From Prasinococcaceae sp. CCMP 1430 (lineage: Eukaryota; Plantae; Prasinodermophyta), in assembly GCA_013416795.1 (NCBI GenBank), contig RQSC01000026.1:729213-793212 (forward strand): a stretch of 64,000 bases of DNA, given 5' to 3'. Below the pieces are notes generated by a model. That model saw nothing but the letters and a program-made list of their open reading frames with translations. It did not search any database and had not been told where the DNA came from. Positions within the stretch are counted from its first letter, which is position 1; each line of letters begins with the position of its first letter. Positions 30,436-40,646 of this stretch are shown in pieces. The position numbers and the translations under genes are program-made.

Positions 30436-33400
30436 ATGTCAGACCGATCACCGACCCCGGGGTCGATGCGCACGCCGATGTCGTCGTCGACGGTCGAGGG
30501 CGCATCGGCAACTCTTGCCGATGACGCCCAGACGGCCTACTCGACGTACTCCTCCTACATGCGCAGCAGACCTCTGCCGTCATCGGGCTTGCGCGGCTCT
30601 GGGACTGTGGGGAGCCACCGGACGCGCGACTTTGGATCGGACGCGATGACCAAGCCTGCAGACTGGCGTGCCCCGCGCGACTCCAAGGCGCTGGCGCGAG
30701 CACTCGCGACGCCGCTTGGCACGGGCAGCTCGCGCCATCCCGGTCTGCTGCGCTCGGCCGAGACGCCTGCGTCGGGCGCAGCGTCTGGCATTGACACGCT
30801 TTACTCGTCACATGTGGCAAGGGAGAGCGCGGCGTCGCTCAGCGCGGCCTTCGAGGGCAAGGCCGCACTTGAGGCCGCGCTCGCGGCCAAAGGGGCGGCG
30901 GAGCAGGCGCTGCGAGACGAGAATGCCTTGCTTCGCGAGGCGCACCGCAAGGCTTGCGAGGATGCGCGTGTGGCGGCCGAGAAGGCGGCCGCGGCCACGC
31001 GCGAGGCGGAGACCACGGCCGCAGAAATTGCGAGGGCGAAGGCGGCAGTTTCCACCGCCGAGGCTGAGGCGCGAGAGCGTGCGGCACCACTCCAGATGCA
31101 GCTCCGCGAGGCCACTGAGATCAGCCGCGTGAACAAAGCGGCGTGCGAGGAGGCGCGGTCACGATGCGCTGAGGCCGAGACCGTCGTAGAGGACATCCGC
31201 CGGGCAATGACGGCTACTGAGGCCAGGTGTGTGTCGGAAGTCAAGGACGCCCGCCACGATGCCGACCTCGCGCGCGGCGAGAGCGACCGCTTGCGAGAGG
31301 AGGCGGAGCGCCTGCGGCGCGAGGTCGCCCTCTTGGACGAGAATGTTCACGACGCCATGACCAACGCGGCAGCGGCCGAATCTCGCGCCAAGGTTGCGGA
31401 GGAGGCCGCCATGCTAGTTCGTACCGCGCGTTCGGATGAGGCGACCAGGCGCGCGGCCGCCGAAGACCGTGCGGCCGCGGCCGAGCAAACGGCGAAGTCG
31501 TTGGCCGCCGAGCGCGACGCCGTGGCAGAGGCGCTCCGCGCTGCGCAACGCGTCGCCGAGGAGAAAACTGGCGCGCTCGAACGGCTCAAGCGCGCGCTCG
31601 AGGAACAAACAGCCTCCACGAGGGAGGCTATCGCGGCGGAACGGGCCACAGCAGAGCGCTGCGCGCATGCAGAACGTCAGGCTGCCGCCGCCGTCGAGAA
31701 TGGTGAGAGTCTTCGCCGCGTGCTGCAGGATCGTGGCGACTCTATGGAAGTTCTGGAGGCGGACCTGGCAGCGACCAAGGCAGATGCCGCGCGCCTTCGC
31801 CTTGCCGTCGAGGAGGCAACATCGCGAACTGAAGAGGTCCGCGAGCGGATGGCAAATGCGGACGAGGAGCGTGGGCGCGCGCTGGCGGCCGCGCGGCAGG
31901 CGCAGGCTGAGACGACTCGATATGAGAGCGAGCTCGAAGCGCTCAAAGATGAGCTGAAGGACTCGTACGCGGCGGCCAAGCGCGATCAGGAGCGCGCAGA
32001 ACGTCATCGCACCGAGGCAGAGCAATTGATCGCCTCGCGAGATGGGGCACGCGAAGACCTCGCGGCTGCGAGCGAGGAGGCCAAGGCCAGGACTGCACGC
32101 ATCCGGGAGCTCGAGCTCTCCACGCAGTCGCTCCAGCGTGACCTGGACAGCTTGAAGGCCGCGGCAGAAGCTCAAGAAGGGCATGCGAATGCTCGCATTG
32201 CAGAAGCGAGCAGTGCTGTCGAAGCCACGCGCGCAGAGGCCGCCAGTGCAGAAGAACGGACCGCGCGTGCCACTTCAGAGTGCACGGCCGCGCACAAGCG
32301 CATCGCGGCACTCGAGTCTCGCGTGTCGAGCTTGCAGTCTGAGGGCAGGAAGAGCCAGAGCGCGGCTCGCGCTGCCAAGCGGCGCGTTGATGATGATCTG
32401 GCCGAGGCGCTGGCAGAATGCGAGGAGCTCAGGCAGCGCGCGGAGATTGCCTCAGCGCGCGCCCTGGACGCCGAGGGTGCGCGCGACAAGGCCATCGAGG
32501 CCGCTGAAACAGCGGCTGTCGCGCAGCAGCATGCCGAAAAGCTCGCTGCGCAGCGTGAGGAGGCGATGTCCAACATGCAGAGCACAGCCAGGCGTGCACG
32601 CGAGGAGGCCGAGCGCAGCAGGCGCGAGGCTACCGAGGCGCGCGAGGCCGAGGCAAGGGCTGAACGCGCGCGGGGCGAAGTGGACGCCGCGCGCGAGGAG
32701 GCGGAGCGGCTGGCCGAGGAGGCTCGCCAGGAGTGCCTCAAGGCCGAGTTCGACAAGGCGCAGCTAGAAGCCAAGGTCAAGCGCGTCGAGGCAAACGCTC
32801 AGGATCACACGACTGCCTTGGGCGCAGCGGAGGCAGATGCCGCGCAGGCGTGGGCGCTGGCCGAAAAACGTGAGCGCGAAGTAGCGAGTTTGCGTGCCGA
32901 CCTCGACAGCGCTAAGCACGAGGTGTCCACCTCGCGTGCGGCAGCTGCCGCCGCGGCTGACGACGTCGCCAGACATCGCGCAGATGCCGAGTCGACGCGT
33001 GCAGTTAGCGCGAGGGAGAGTGAGCAGCGTGTCCTCGCCGAGCGGCGGGCCGAGGAGGCTGACAGCTCGGCCGCAGCCACAAACGTGCAGCTCAGCAAGC
33101 TCGAGTCCGACATCGCGCGCATGCGCAACGAGGTTGCTGAGTCTGCTGAGGCTACGCGGCACGCACGTAGGCATGCGGCTGACAGGGATGCCAGGATGAT
33201 TGCCATGGAGGCCGCCATCGCCGAGCGTGACGCTGCCACCGCTGAGCTCGGGCGTATTCTCGATGACAAGTCCCAAAGACTCGCGACGTTGGAGAACTCG
33301 CTCGAGGCGCAGCGCGCGCTGTCTGAGAAAGCCACTGCGCGCATTCAAACGTTGGAGGGCGACCTCGCGCATGAGAGGGAGGGTGTGCGTACGAGCGACG

Positions 33401-35406
33401 CGCGCGCGTCAAAGCTCGCGGAGGAGAAAGACGGCGCCGTGGCAGACGCAACTGCCGCACGCAGCACGCTGGCAGCGCGCGACACAGCGATTGCAGCTGC
33501 GCGCGCAGAGGCCGACACGCTACGCAAGGAGAGGGACTCGTTGCGTGCCGAGTTGCGATTTCGAAAGTCCGCAGCAGAGGAGCTGGCAAACGAGCGCGGC
33601 GAGCGTGCTGCCGAGGCGGACGAGGCGTTGCGCGATGCTCGCGCAGCAACGCAAGCGCTCGCGCGTGCCAAGGCACAGGTCGAGACAGCCAAGGCCGAGG
33701 CTGCGCGCGCATCTGGCGAAGCCGCAGCTGCGCGTGAGAAGGCCGACGCGGCTCTTGCCCGCGCTGCCGAGGAGCACGCGCGTGCCACCGAAGCGCGCGA
33801 CGCTCTCCGCAGGCTCGGCTCGGACGCGCGGAGGCTCGGTGCCGCTACCGCAGCGGCCGATGAGGCGGCCAAATCCGCGCGCGCGCGGGCCGAGGCGGCT
33901 GAGAAGGAGCTTGCAGCGCTGCGCAACGCCGCCGGGGAGCGTAGCGCGCACGATCGCTGGAACGGGCCGCTGATGCGGGGCGTGGCCGATGCCGCAGTGG
34001 CGGAGAGTGGCACAGCTGGCTCAGACGACTTGACCGCAGCGCTCACGGCAGCACGCGCGGTCTGCGACGCGCTCGCAGACAGCCTCGGTGACTGTCGAGT
34101 ATGCTATGCAAGATCTGAGTACAACCCGGCGAGGGATGCCATTGAGCTCCGCCTGATGCACGTATCGGAGAATGGCCACGCCTTGGCTGCTGCCAGTGAG
34201 GCAGGGCAGGCTTGGGCCTCGGCCGAGGCACTGCCGCTCGTGGCGACCGAAAGCCCCAACAGCTGTGCGGTGGATGGAGCCATGGGAGCCGGTGTCAGAT
34301 CCTTCCTGCCTCATAGCTGCGCGGCATATCGCTGCATCCAGCGCGCTGAGGCCGAGGCTGGCGACGAGTGTCTGTTCCCCTCGTCAGTGTACCTGCGGGA
34401 CGCGCTCGCGGCCGCTCTTCCCAAGTGTCTGACGTACGAGCGCGACCCGGAGATGCCCAGTGGCACCTTTATGGCTGTCGCTAGTGGGCAGTCGAGAAGC
34501 GGATGCCTACTGGTTGTGACCTCGCCGACGCGCCCTAACGGCGCGTTGACGGTGCCGGAAGTCGCCGCAACCCACGAAGCCGCAGCGGCAGCAGCAGCGG
34601 CGTACGATAAAGTGTCGGAGCGTTCGCTGGCGGTTGTCGCGCGCGGCGTGGCGCTGGCGACGTCTGCATTTGCCTCCGCCGAGGAGGCCAAGGCGGCGGA
34701 TCCCAGCGGTCACCGCGCACACCGACAGGCCGTGCAGGCGGCGTCGCAGATGCGCGGCGTGGAGGCGCAGCGCGGCGACTTGCAGGCGATTTTGCACTCG
34801 ACGGATGGTCTGTGCGCGCTTGCGGAGCTCGGCGCGATGGTGCGCGTGCCGCCGGCGGTGGTACTGGTCGTGTGGGCAACGCTGGCCCTCTGCGATGGCG
34901 TCGAGACGCTCCCAGCCCTCGGGAGCGGCTCTGCCGGCATCGACGACGGGGCTCCGCGCACGCCCATGCGCGGACTGGGCGGGTTGTGGGAGTCGCTGCG
35001 CACCCGCTTGGGAGTCGCCACGGCCTCCCATGCAGCCGTGTCGCTGGCGGAGCGCATGGCGGCGTTCGCGATTGATCCCGCCGATGACCACTCGGCCGCG
35101 TACTCGGCGTTTGCAGCCGCGCGTGGGGAGCTGGGCCCTGCGGACGCTGGCAAGGCCGGGCGCGCGGTGGCGGCGCTCTACGCGTGGACGTGCGGCTCGC
35201 TGGCCCAATGGCAGCTCGCAGGCCTGTCCGAGTTCAGCGCAGCGGCGCTCGAAGGCGCGGGCTCGTCGACCAAGACGGCGCGCTCAGCTTCGTCTGAGCG
35301 CGCGAGCGTTGAAGGAGTCTTCGGGTCCACCGCCGAGCTCAGCGCAGAGGGGGTGCGATCGCTGGAGCAAGAGTTCGGTGAGGCGTCAAAACTCACCGTT
35401 GACTGA
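30436..35406 (+). CDS. Giant coiled-coil protein (about 1650 aa) with a C-terminal dynein stalk/MTBD-like domain
   Basis: Intronless ORF; about 1100 aa coiled coil, a globular alpha/beta region, then LAELGAMVRVPPAVVLVVWATLALCDG...LWESLRTRL...LAERMAAF...AGKAGRAVAALYAWTCG. Confidence 0.85.
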   Translation: MSDRSPTPGSMRTPMSSSTVEGASATLADDAQTAYSTYSSYMRSRPLPSSGLRGSGTVGSHRTRDFGSDAMTKPADWRAPRDSKALARALATPLGTGSSRHPGLLRSAETPASGAASGIDTLYSSHVARESAASLSAAFEGKAALEAALAAKGAAEQALRDENALLREAHRKACEDARVAAEKAAAATREAETTAAEIARAKAAVSTAEAEARERAAPLQMQLREATEISRVNKAACEEARSRCAEAETVVEDIRRAMTATEARCVSEVKDARHDADLARGESDRLREEAERLRREVALLDENVHDAMTNAAAAESRAKVAEEAAMLVRTARSDEATRRAAAEDRAAAAEQTAKSLAAERDAVAEALRAAQRVAEEKTGALERLKRALEEQTASTREAIAAERATAERCAHAERQAAAAVENGESLRRVLQDRGDSMEVLEADLAATKADAARLRLAVEEATSRTEEVRERMANADEERGRALAAARQAQAETTRYESELEALKDELKDSYAAAKRDQERAERHRTEAEQLIASRDGAREDLAAASEEAKARTARIRELELSTQSLQRDLDSLKAAAEAQEGHANARIAEASSAVEATRAEAASAEERTARATSECTAAHKRIAALESRVSSLQSEGRKSQSAARAAKRRVDDDLAEALAECEELRQRAEIASARALDAEGARDKAIEAAETAAVAQQHAEKLAAQREEAMSNMQSTARRAREEAERSRREATEAREAEARAERARGEVDAAREEAERLAEEARQECLKAEFDKAQLEAKVKRVEANAQDHTTALGAAEADAAQAWALAEKREREVASLRADLDSAKHEVSTSRAAAAAAADDVARHRADAESTRAVSARESEQRVLAERRAEEADSSAAATNVQLSKLESDIARMRNEVAESAEATRHARRHAADRDARMIAMEAAIAERDAATAELGRILDDKSQRLATLENSLEAQRALSEKATARIQTLEGDLAHEREGVRTSDARASKLAEEKDGAVADATAARSTLAARDTAIAAARAEADTLRKERDSLRAELRFRKSAAEELANERGERAAEADEALRDARAATQALARAKAQVETAKAEAARASGEAAAAREKADAALARAAEEHARATEARDALRRLGSDARRLGAATAAADEAAKSARARAEAAEKELAALRNAAGERSAHDRWNGPLMRGVADAAVAESGTAGSDDLTAALTAARAVCDALADSLGDCRVCYARSEYNPARDAIELRLMHVSENGHALAAASEAGQAWASAEALPLVATESPNSCAVDGAMGAGVRSFLPHSCAAYRCIQRAEAEAGDECLFPSSVYLRDALAAALPKCLTYERDPEMPSGTFMAVASGQSRSGCLLVVTSPTRPNGALTVPEVAATHEAAAAAAAAYDKVSERSLAVVARGVALATSAFASAEEAKAADPSGHRAHRQAVQAASQMRGVEAQRGDLQAILHSTDGLCALAELGAMVRVPPAVVLVVWATLALCDGVETLPALGSGSAGIDDGAPRTPMRGLGGLWESLRTRLGVATASHAAVSLAERMAAFAIDPADDHSAAYSAFAAARGELGPADAGKAGRAVAALYAWTCGSLAQWQLAGLSEFSAAALEGAGSSTKTARSASSERASVEGVFGSTAELSAEGVRSLEQEFGEASKLTVD

Positions 35407-35706
35407 GTGGGTGCTCGCAGTCGCAGGGGCCCGCAGGATGAGCTCCCCCTCGCGAGCTAGCTAACCAGCCGCACTCTTCAGTGCGGGGCCAGGCACGCGC
35501 GCAGCAATAAAACTAATGATTCCCCATCCGTGGCACGTCCGAGTATCGATCAAGTGCTGTTAGTGCGTTCTTTATGGTACTTGTAGCGAACGGGCAGCGC
35601 GGTTGCTGCAAGCCCGTCCCACCGCTTTGCAAGGGTGCCGGTGAGGCACTCTTTTGAAAGCTTGGATCGCGCCCTCGAGCGCGCGGGCGCGCATCAAGCG
35701 GGGAGC

Positions 35707-36800
35707 TCAGAATTGACCCGTAGCATTGTACACCTCGGCCATGTACTTTTTGAACGAGACCTCGTCATCGGCCTCCTGCTGGATGCCCTCCTGGACGGCA
35801 CACGTGGCCTCGGCGCCGGCGGCCTCCTCGAATTCCTCCCTCCCGCCATCCACGCTCTCCACCACCGGGATGTCCAGCGTGCCACCGACGTTGCGCGGTA
35901 CGGGCGCCCGCTCCTTCAGGTCAGCGATGATGGCCGCGGGGACCAGGACGTAGTCCACGCCGCAACACTCGACGGCCTTGGCCGCCGAGCGCACCGAGGC
36001 GGCGACGACCTTGGTCTTTTGGCCTGCCACCTCCGCCAGCGCGTACGCCTGCGCCACGAGCTCCGGACCTGCGCCGTCTCCGCCGATCGTGTCGGCGGTG
36101 CCGACCTGCACGGTGACACTCGAGCAGCCCGCATCGATGGCAGCCGCTGCGTGCACGCCGGTCGCTGCGGAAACGTCACACTGCGCGGTGCCCGCGGCCT
36201 CGAGCCGCCGTGCCGCCTCGATTGCGTCGTAGGTGGCGGGCATGCGGAAGAGCACCTTGCTCTTCGCGTCGGCCACCCCCCCTTGGTCGATGAGGCGCAG
36301 CATATGCTCGCAGTAGCGCACGAGCGCATCCGCGTCGTGGGCGTGGCACGTGCGCGTGGCGAGCACCACACGGCCGGCCACCTTGGGGGCGAGCTCTATC
36401 GCCTGGTTGGCCATCGCGTTGTCAAGCACGCAGTCCCACAAGCCGTAGCCCGGCTCAGCGAGGCACGTGTCCCACTGACCCTTGTTCAGCTGTGAGTACA
36501 CGGTTTCTGCGGCGGACTTGCCGTTCCCTTGATCCGTCAGCTGCTTAAGTAGGTTCGATGAGCAGACGAACCCGGCGTCAAGCGAGCCCTGCGACGAGGC
36601 GTCCACAGCCTCGCCGTACGCGTTGATGGACTCGAGCGCCGTGTCGCCGACGGGCTGCGTCGCGAGCGATGCGAGCGCCGCCGAGTTGCTCCGGCGCCGC
36701 ACCGCGCCGCGCTGGGCGCCGCGCGCGCCACCACGGCGCGTGTGTGCCGTCCTTGTGGGCGATGCCTGCCGCGCCGCGCACCCCACTCCGATCCCATCCC
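35707..36800 (-). CDS. Plastid transaldolase-like protein (At1g12230 type) with catalytic Lys replaced by Arg; N-terminus (transit peptide) unresolved
   Basis: PVGDT, LDNAMANQAIELAPKVAGRV, VLFRMPATYDAIEAARRLE, KTKVVAASVRS, GVDYVLVP align with the TalB/plant TAL fold. Confidence 0.82.
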
Positions 36801-37173
36801 CCCTCTGCCCGCACTCGTGCACCCACACCCACGGTGACTGGGTGCCAGCGACGGCGCCCGAATCCACGTCAGCACCCCTCGCGCCAAAAAAAAAAAAAAT
36901 CCCTGGCACCCGACCCACCCAATGGAATCGAGCATCTCGCACGGCGACTTTTGGACCCTGATTTATTTTTGTCCCTTTCGAAAATGTCGAAAAAGGATCC
37001 AAATAAAAAACGCGTGCAAAACCCAAAATCGAGCGAACGCAGGTTCGGGTTGAGAACCGTCGAGACGACGAACGACGAGGCGGGCCGGCACCGTGTCGCT
37101 CCCAAATCGGATCAAATACTTGGTCGATCGCTTCGCTCATCCGCCCATCGCCGCCCGGACGTCTCCCCGAACA

Positions 37174-37277
37174 CGGATTTAAATCCGGTGTCCAGCCCCT
37201 CCATTTTCATTTTCCTTTTCCATTTCCGTCATCCCCACCAAAAAAAGCCGTTGGCGACGCGCGCGTGCGTTTTGATG
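37174..37277. promoter_or_regulatory. Divergent promoter of the transaldolase-like gene and kinesin-6: palindrome CGGATTTAAATCCG, MSA-like CCAACGG and CATCAAAACGCAC
   Basis: Palindrome at 37174-37187; GCCGTTGG at 37247-37254; GTGCGTTTTGATG at 37265-37277. Confidence 0.45.
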
Positions 37278-37588
37278 GGAGCTCGTGCGCTCGTCGCGAC
37301 GCTCCGCCGTCGCGCATTTCGCGCGCGCGCGCGCGGGGTGCGGGCGGACCTGCGGAAACGCGGAGCGGAGTGGACGAAATGCGGAGCGGCGGAAAGTCGC
37401 GCGCGCGAACGGCCGCGCGGCAGCGCGTGGCCGGTGGGTGGCGTGGGGGGTGGCGCAGGGGACTGGCTTAGGAACTGGAATGCTGGACGGCGATGATGGC
37501 ATGACGGCGGTGTCTCAGCGGGCGCCAAGCCGGACGCTCAGGGGGGCGCTGAGCAGCCGCCCCCGCGGCGGCCACCGAGGTGTCGCCG

Positions 37589-40345
37589 ATGTGCTCCGAG
37601 GAGGAGATAGTGCCGCGCAACCTGGAGATGAGCTTCTCGGTGGCAGACGAGGAGGGAGAGCCGCGAGCCGCCGCGGGCGCGGCGGCGACGGGGGCGACGG
37701 TCGACGACTCGGCGCTGGGGCTGGCGCTGCCGTCCGCCGCATCGGTGGTCGTGCGCGTCAAGCCGGCGGCGCCCGAGGCCGCCGAGGAGTGCATCCGCGC
37801 CGTGAGCGCGACGCAAGTGGAGTGCATTGCGCCTGCGGGGAGCGCCAGCTTCAAGGCGGGCGAGCGCTCGGCTGAGTACCGCTTCTCGCGCACGTACGGC
37901 CCGGCGACCGGACAGCGCGAATTCTACGATGCGGTCGCAGCGCCTATGGTGCGATCGCTGGTCGAGCGCGGCGAGTCGGGCGTGCTGATGGCGTACGGCA
38001 TCACGGGGAGCGGCAAGACCCACACCACGGTCGGCACCAAGCAAGCGCCGGGCCTCGTGCCCAGTGCGCTCATGCAGGTGTTCGAGTCGCTGCCGCGTGG
38101 CTGCTGCGTGGCATTGTCGCTCTACGAAATCTACAACGAGCGCATCGGCGACCTGCTGGCGCCCGGCGCCGACGGCCCCAGCACGACGCGGCCCGGCTCG
38201 GCGAGGCTGCGCCTCTGCGAGCGCGCGGACGGTCGCGTCGTGCCGCGTGGCATTACCGAGCTGCGCTTCGAGCGCGAGGCGGACGCGACGGCCGCGGTGC
38301 GGCGCGCCTTGGCCGCTCGCGCGGCAGGGCGCACCGCTCTCAACAAGGAGTCATCGCGCTCGCACGCGGTGTTTACAATCACCGTCGTGTCGGCGGAAGC
38401 GGCGCGCGCCGCCAAAGGCCCCGAGCAGAGCGCACCCGCAGCACGCCTGCCGCGCCTCGCCTTCGTCGACCTCGCGGGCAGCGAGCGCGCTCACCGCACA
38501 GGCGCCTCTGGCGCGCGCCTGCTGGAGTCGTCCGCCATCAATGCTAGCCTGATGACGCTCGGTCGCTGCTTTGAGGCGCTGCGGCACAACCAGGCGCGTC
38601 CGCGCAGCGAGCGCCGCCTCGTGCCCTACCGCGAGTCCAAGGTGACCCATCTCTTCCGTGACGCTTTCCACGGCCAGGGTGCGCTGGCGCTGCTGGTGTG
38701 CGTATCGCCCGATGCGGCGGACTACGACGAGACTCAGCACGTGCTGCGCTACGCGGCGGTGGCCGCCAAGATCAAAACCATGGCCGAGATCGGCGTGGCC
38801 CCCAAGGCTGGCACGCTCCTGGACGAGGTCATCGAAGAGGCCGAGGAGGAGGCCGAGGTCGAGGCATCCGAGGAGGATCCGATGGAAACCGCTCCGACGC
38901 CCGCGAACAAGCGCAAGCGCGAGGTTCTCGAAGAGGATGCCATTCAGGAGGAGGGCGACGACGAGGCCAACTTCGGCGGCGAGCTCGATCCGCAGGTTGA
39001 CGTGGTCAACCTGAGGTCCGAGGTGGATGCGCTCAGGCAGCGCTTGTATGAGGCGGAGGCCGCTGCTGCTCGCATCGAGAGCGAGGTACGCGAGGAGGTC
39101 AGCGCGGAAATGGCTGAGCTCATTAAGGCGATGGAGGAGAACTATGCCGCCAAGGGCGCCAAGGTCAAGGCCGCCGTGCGGAAGGGGCGTTCGACCAACG
39201 CTTTCGAGAGGCGCCTCAACGGGCTCAACGAGGACGAGGAGGATGCCGAGGACGAAGCTGACGATGTTGAAGAGGCGGACGAAAGCGACGATGGCATCGA
39301 GATTGTGGATGGATCGGACGAGGAGGAGGAGGGAGATGTCCGCGCTGCGCAGGGCAGCACTCGCAAGCGGTCGACGCGGCGGGCGCGCCCCTCGTCGCAG
39401 GCCGCCGCGGCGCTGCTGGCTGAGACGGTGCGCGCGCGCGCGGTCGCCGCAGAGCAGGAGGCCGCCAACCTGCGCGAGGAGAAGGCGCTGGCCGAGCGCC
39501 GCGCGGCCGAGCACAGGGCGGCGGCCGAGGCGGCCGAGGCCGAGGCTGCAAAGCTTGCTAAGACCGCAGCCGAGGCGCGTGAAGCAATGCAGAGGGCGCT
39601 GGAGGAGGAGCGTACACAGATGGAGGCCAACGCCGCCATGGAGCGCGAGGTGCTGGAGGAGCAGCTGCGGCGACAGAAGGAGGAGTATGACGCCCTCCTG
39701 TGCAAACTGAACACCGCGGCCGGGCGAGCGAGCAGGGCGGCGGAGGGAAGGCGCAAGTCGATGGCCGTCTTCAGAGCCGTAGTCGAAGGCGCAGAATGCA
39801 CAGACGACGCGCTGCCCACCATCGCCGAGCCCAAGGCCATCGAGGCGGAGGCGGCCATACTGACGGAGGAGCCAGCCGCGATGGAGCCAGCCGCGATGGA
39901 GCCAGCAGAGGCTGAGCTCGCCGCCGAGGAGGCCCCGCAAGGAGGCGACGAGGCCATGGAAGGCCCCTCCACTACCGCGGAGGTTCCTGCGGAGACGAAG
40001 CCAGCGGCCGTGAGCCCCGAGATCATCGATCTGACAGCGCCCACGCCGGCGCCGGCGCCAGCGCAGCGCCGCGGGGGCATGCGGAAGGGCGCCGCGCGCA
40101 AGGGTGGCTCAAAGAAAGCCAAGAAGGCCGCAGCTGGAAAGGAGAACGCCAGCGTCAACGCCGCCAAGGCCGCGGCGCTCGCGGCGGTCGAATGCGCGGC
40201 AGTCGCAGCGGCAGCGGCCACCCCTGGTGCTGCGCTGCCCGAGGTGGCGCCAGAACCCAAGCGAAGGAGGAAAGCGAGCGCGCCGGCCGACGCGCCTGCG
40301 CGCCGGATCACGCGTGCCGCGGCGCGCAGCGCTGCTGTTGCGTGA
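37589..40345 (+). CDS. Kinesin-6 family motor (MKLP/KIF20/KIF23-like); start uncertain
   Basis: P-loop AYGITGSGKT, SSRSH, DLAGSER, SLMTLGRCFEALRHNQ, VPYRESKVTHLFRDAFHGQG, YDETQHVLRYA (kinesin-6 signature); coiled-coil tail; TGTAA at 40470. Confidence 0.9.
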   Translation: MCSEEEIVPRNLEMSFSVADEEGEPRAAAGAAATGATVDDSALGLALPSAASVVVRVKPAAPEAAEECIRAVSATQVECIAPAGSASFKAGERSAEYRFSRTYGPATGQREFYDAVAAPMVRSLVERGESGVLMAYGITGSGKTHTTVGTKQAPGLVPSALMQVFESLPRGCCVALSLYEIYNERIGDLLAPGADGPSTTRPGSARLRLCERADGRVVPRGITELRFEREADATAAVRRALAARAAGRTALNKESSRSHAVFTITVVSAEAARAAKGPEQSAPAARLPRLAFVDLAGSERAHRTGASGARLLESSAINASLMTLGRCFEALRHNQARPRSERRLVPYRESKVTHLFRDAFHGQGALALLVCVSPDAADYDETQHVLRYAAVAAKIKTMAEIGVAPKAGTLLDEVIEEAEEEAEVEASEEDPMETAPTPANKRKREVLEEDAIQEEGDDEANFGGELDPQVDVVNLRSEVDALRQRLYEAEAAAARIESEVREEVSAEMAELIKAMEENYAAKGAKVKAAVRKGRSTNAFERRLNGLNEDEEDAEDEADDVEEADESDDGIEIVDGSDEEEEGDVRAAQGSTRKRSTRRARPSSQAAAALLAETVRARAVAAEQEAANLREEKALAERRAAEHRAAAEAAEAEAAKLAKTAAEAREAMQRALEEERTQMEANAAMEREVLEEQLRRQKEEYDALLCKLNTAAGRASRAAEGRRKSMAVFRAVVEGAECTDDALPTIAEPKAIEAEAAILTEEPAAMEPAAMEPAEAELAAEEAPQGGDEAMEGPSTTAEVPAETKPAAVSPEIIDLTAPTPAPAPAQRRGGMRKGAARKGGSKKAKKAAAGKENASVNAAKAAALAAVECAAVAAAAATPGAALPEVAPEPKRRRKASAPADAPARRITRAAARSAAVA
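39868..39906 (+). repeat. 15-bp coding tandem repeat (EPAAM x2.6) in the kinesin tail
   Basis: GGAGCCAGCCGCGAT x2 plus GGAGCCAGC. Confidence 0.9.
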
Positions 40346-40646
40346 GCACCTGCCAGCAGGCGCGTACGGGCGCGCGTCCTGATGCGCGCGCATAAGAGGG
40401 GGGGAGTGGGACGTAGGGAGGAGTGCTCGACGCTGCGTGCTCCGTGCGCGGGGCTCGCGCCGGTGTGTGTGTAAGTACAGCGATTCGGTGCCTTCGTAAT
40501 TGACGCGCAGGTTTCGGAATAGGTGGCCCCCGGCAGGAGTTGTCACCAGGCGGCAGCGCGCCTTGGCCGCTGCGGCCGCGCGTGGGGCGCTCGGGGGGTG
40601 GGAGACGGGATCGTTCGCGTCCGTGAGCGTGCGCTGTGTATGAAAA

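Noticed and set aside
35548-35556. GATCAAGTG resembling U2 snRNA
   Set aside because: Not followed by TAGTA and lacks the U2 5' sequence.
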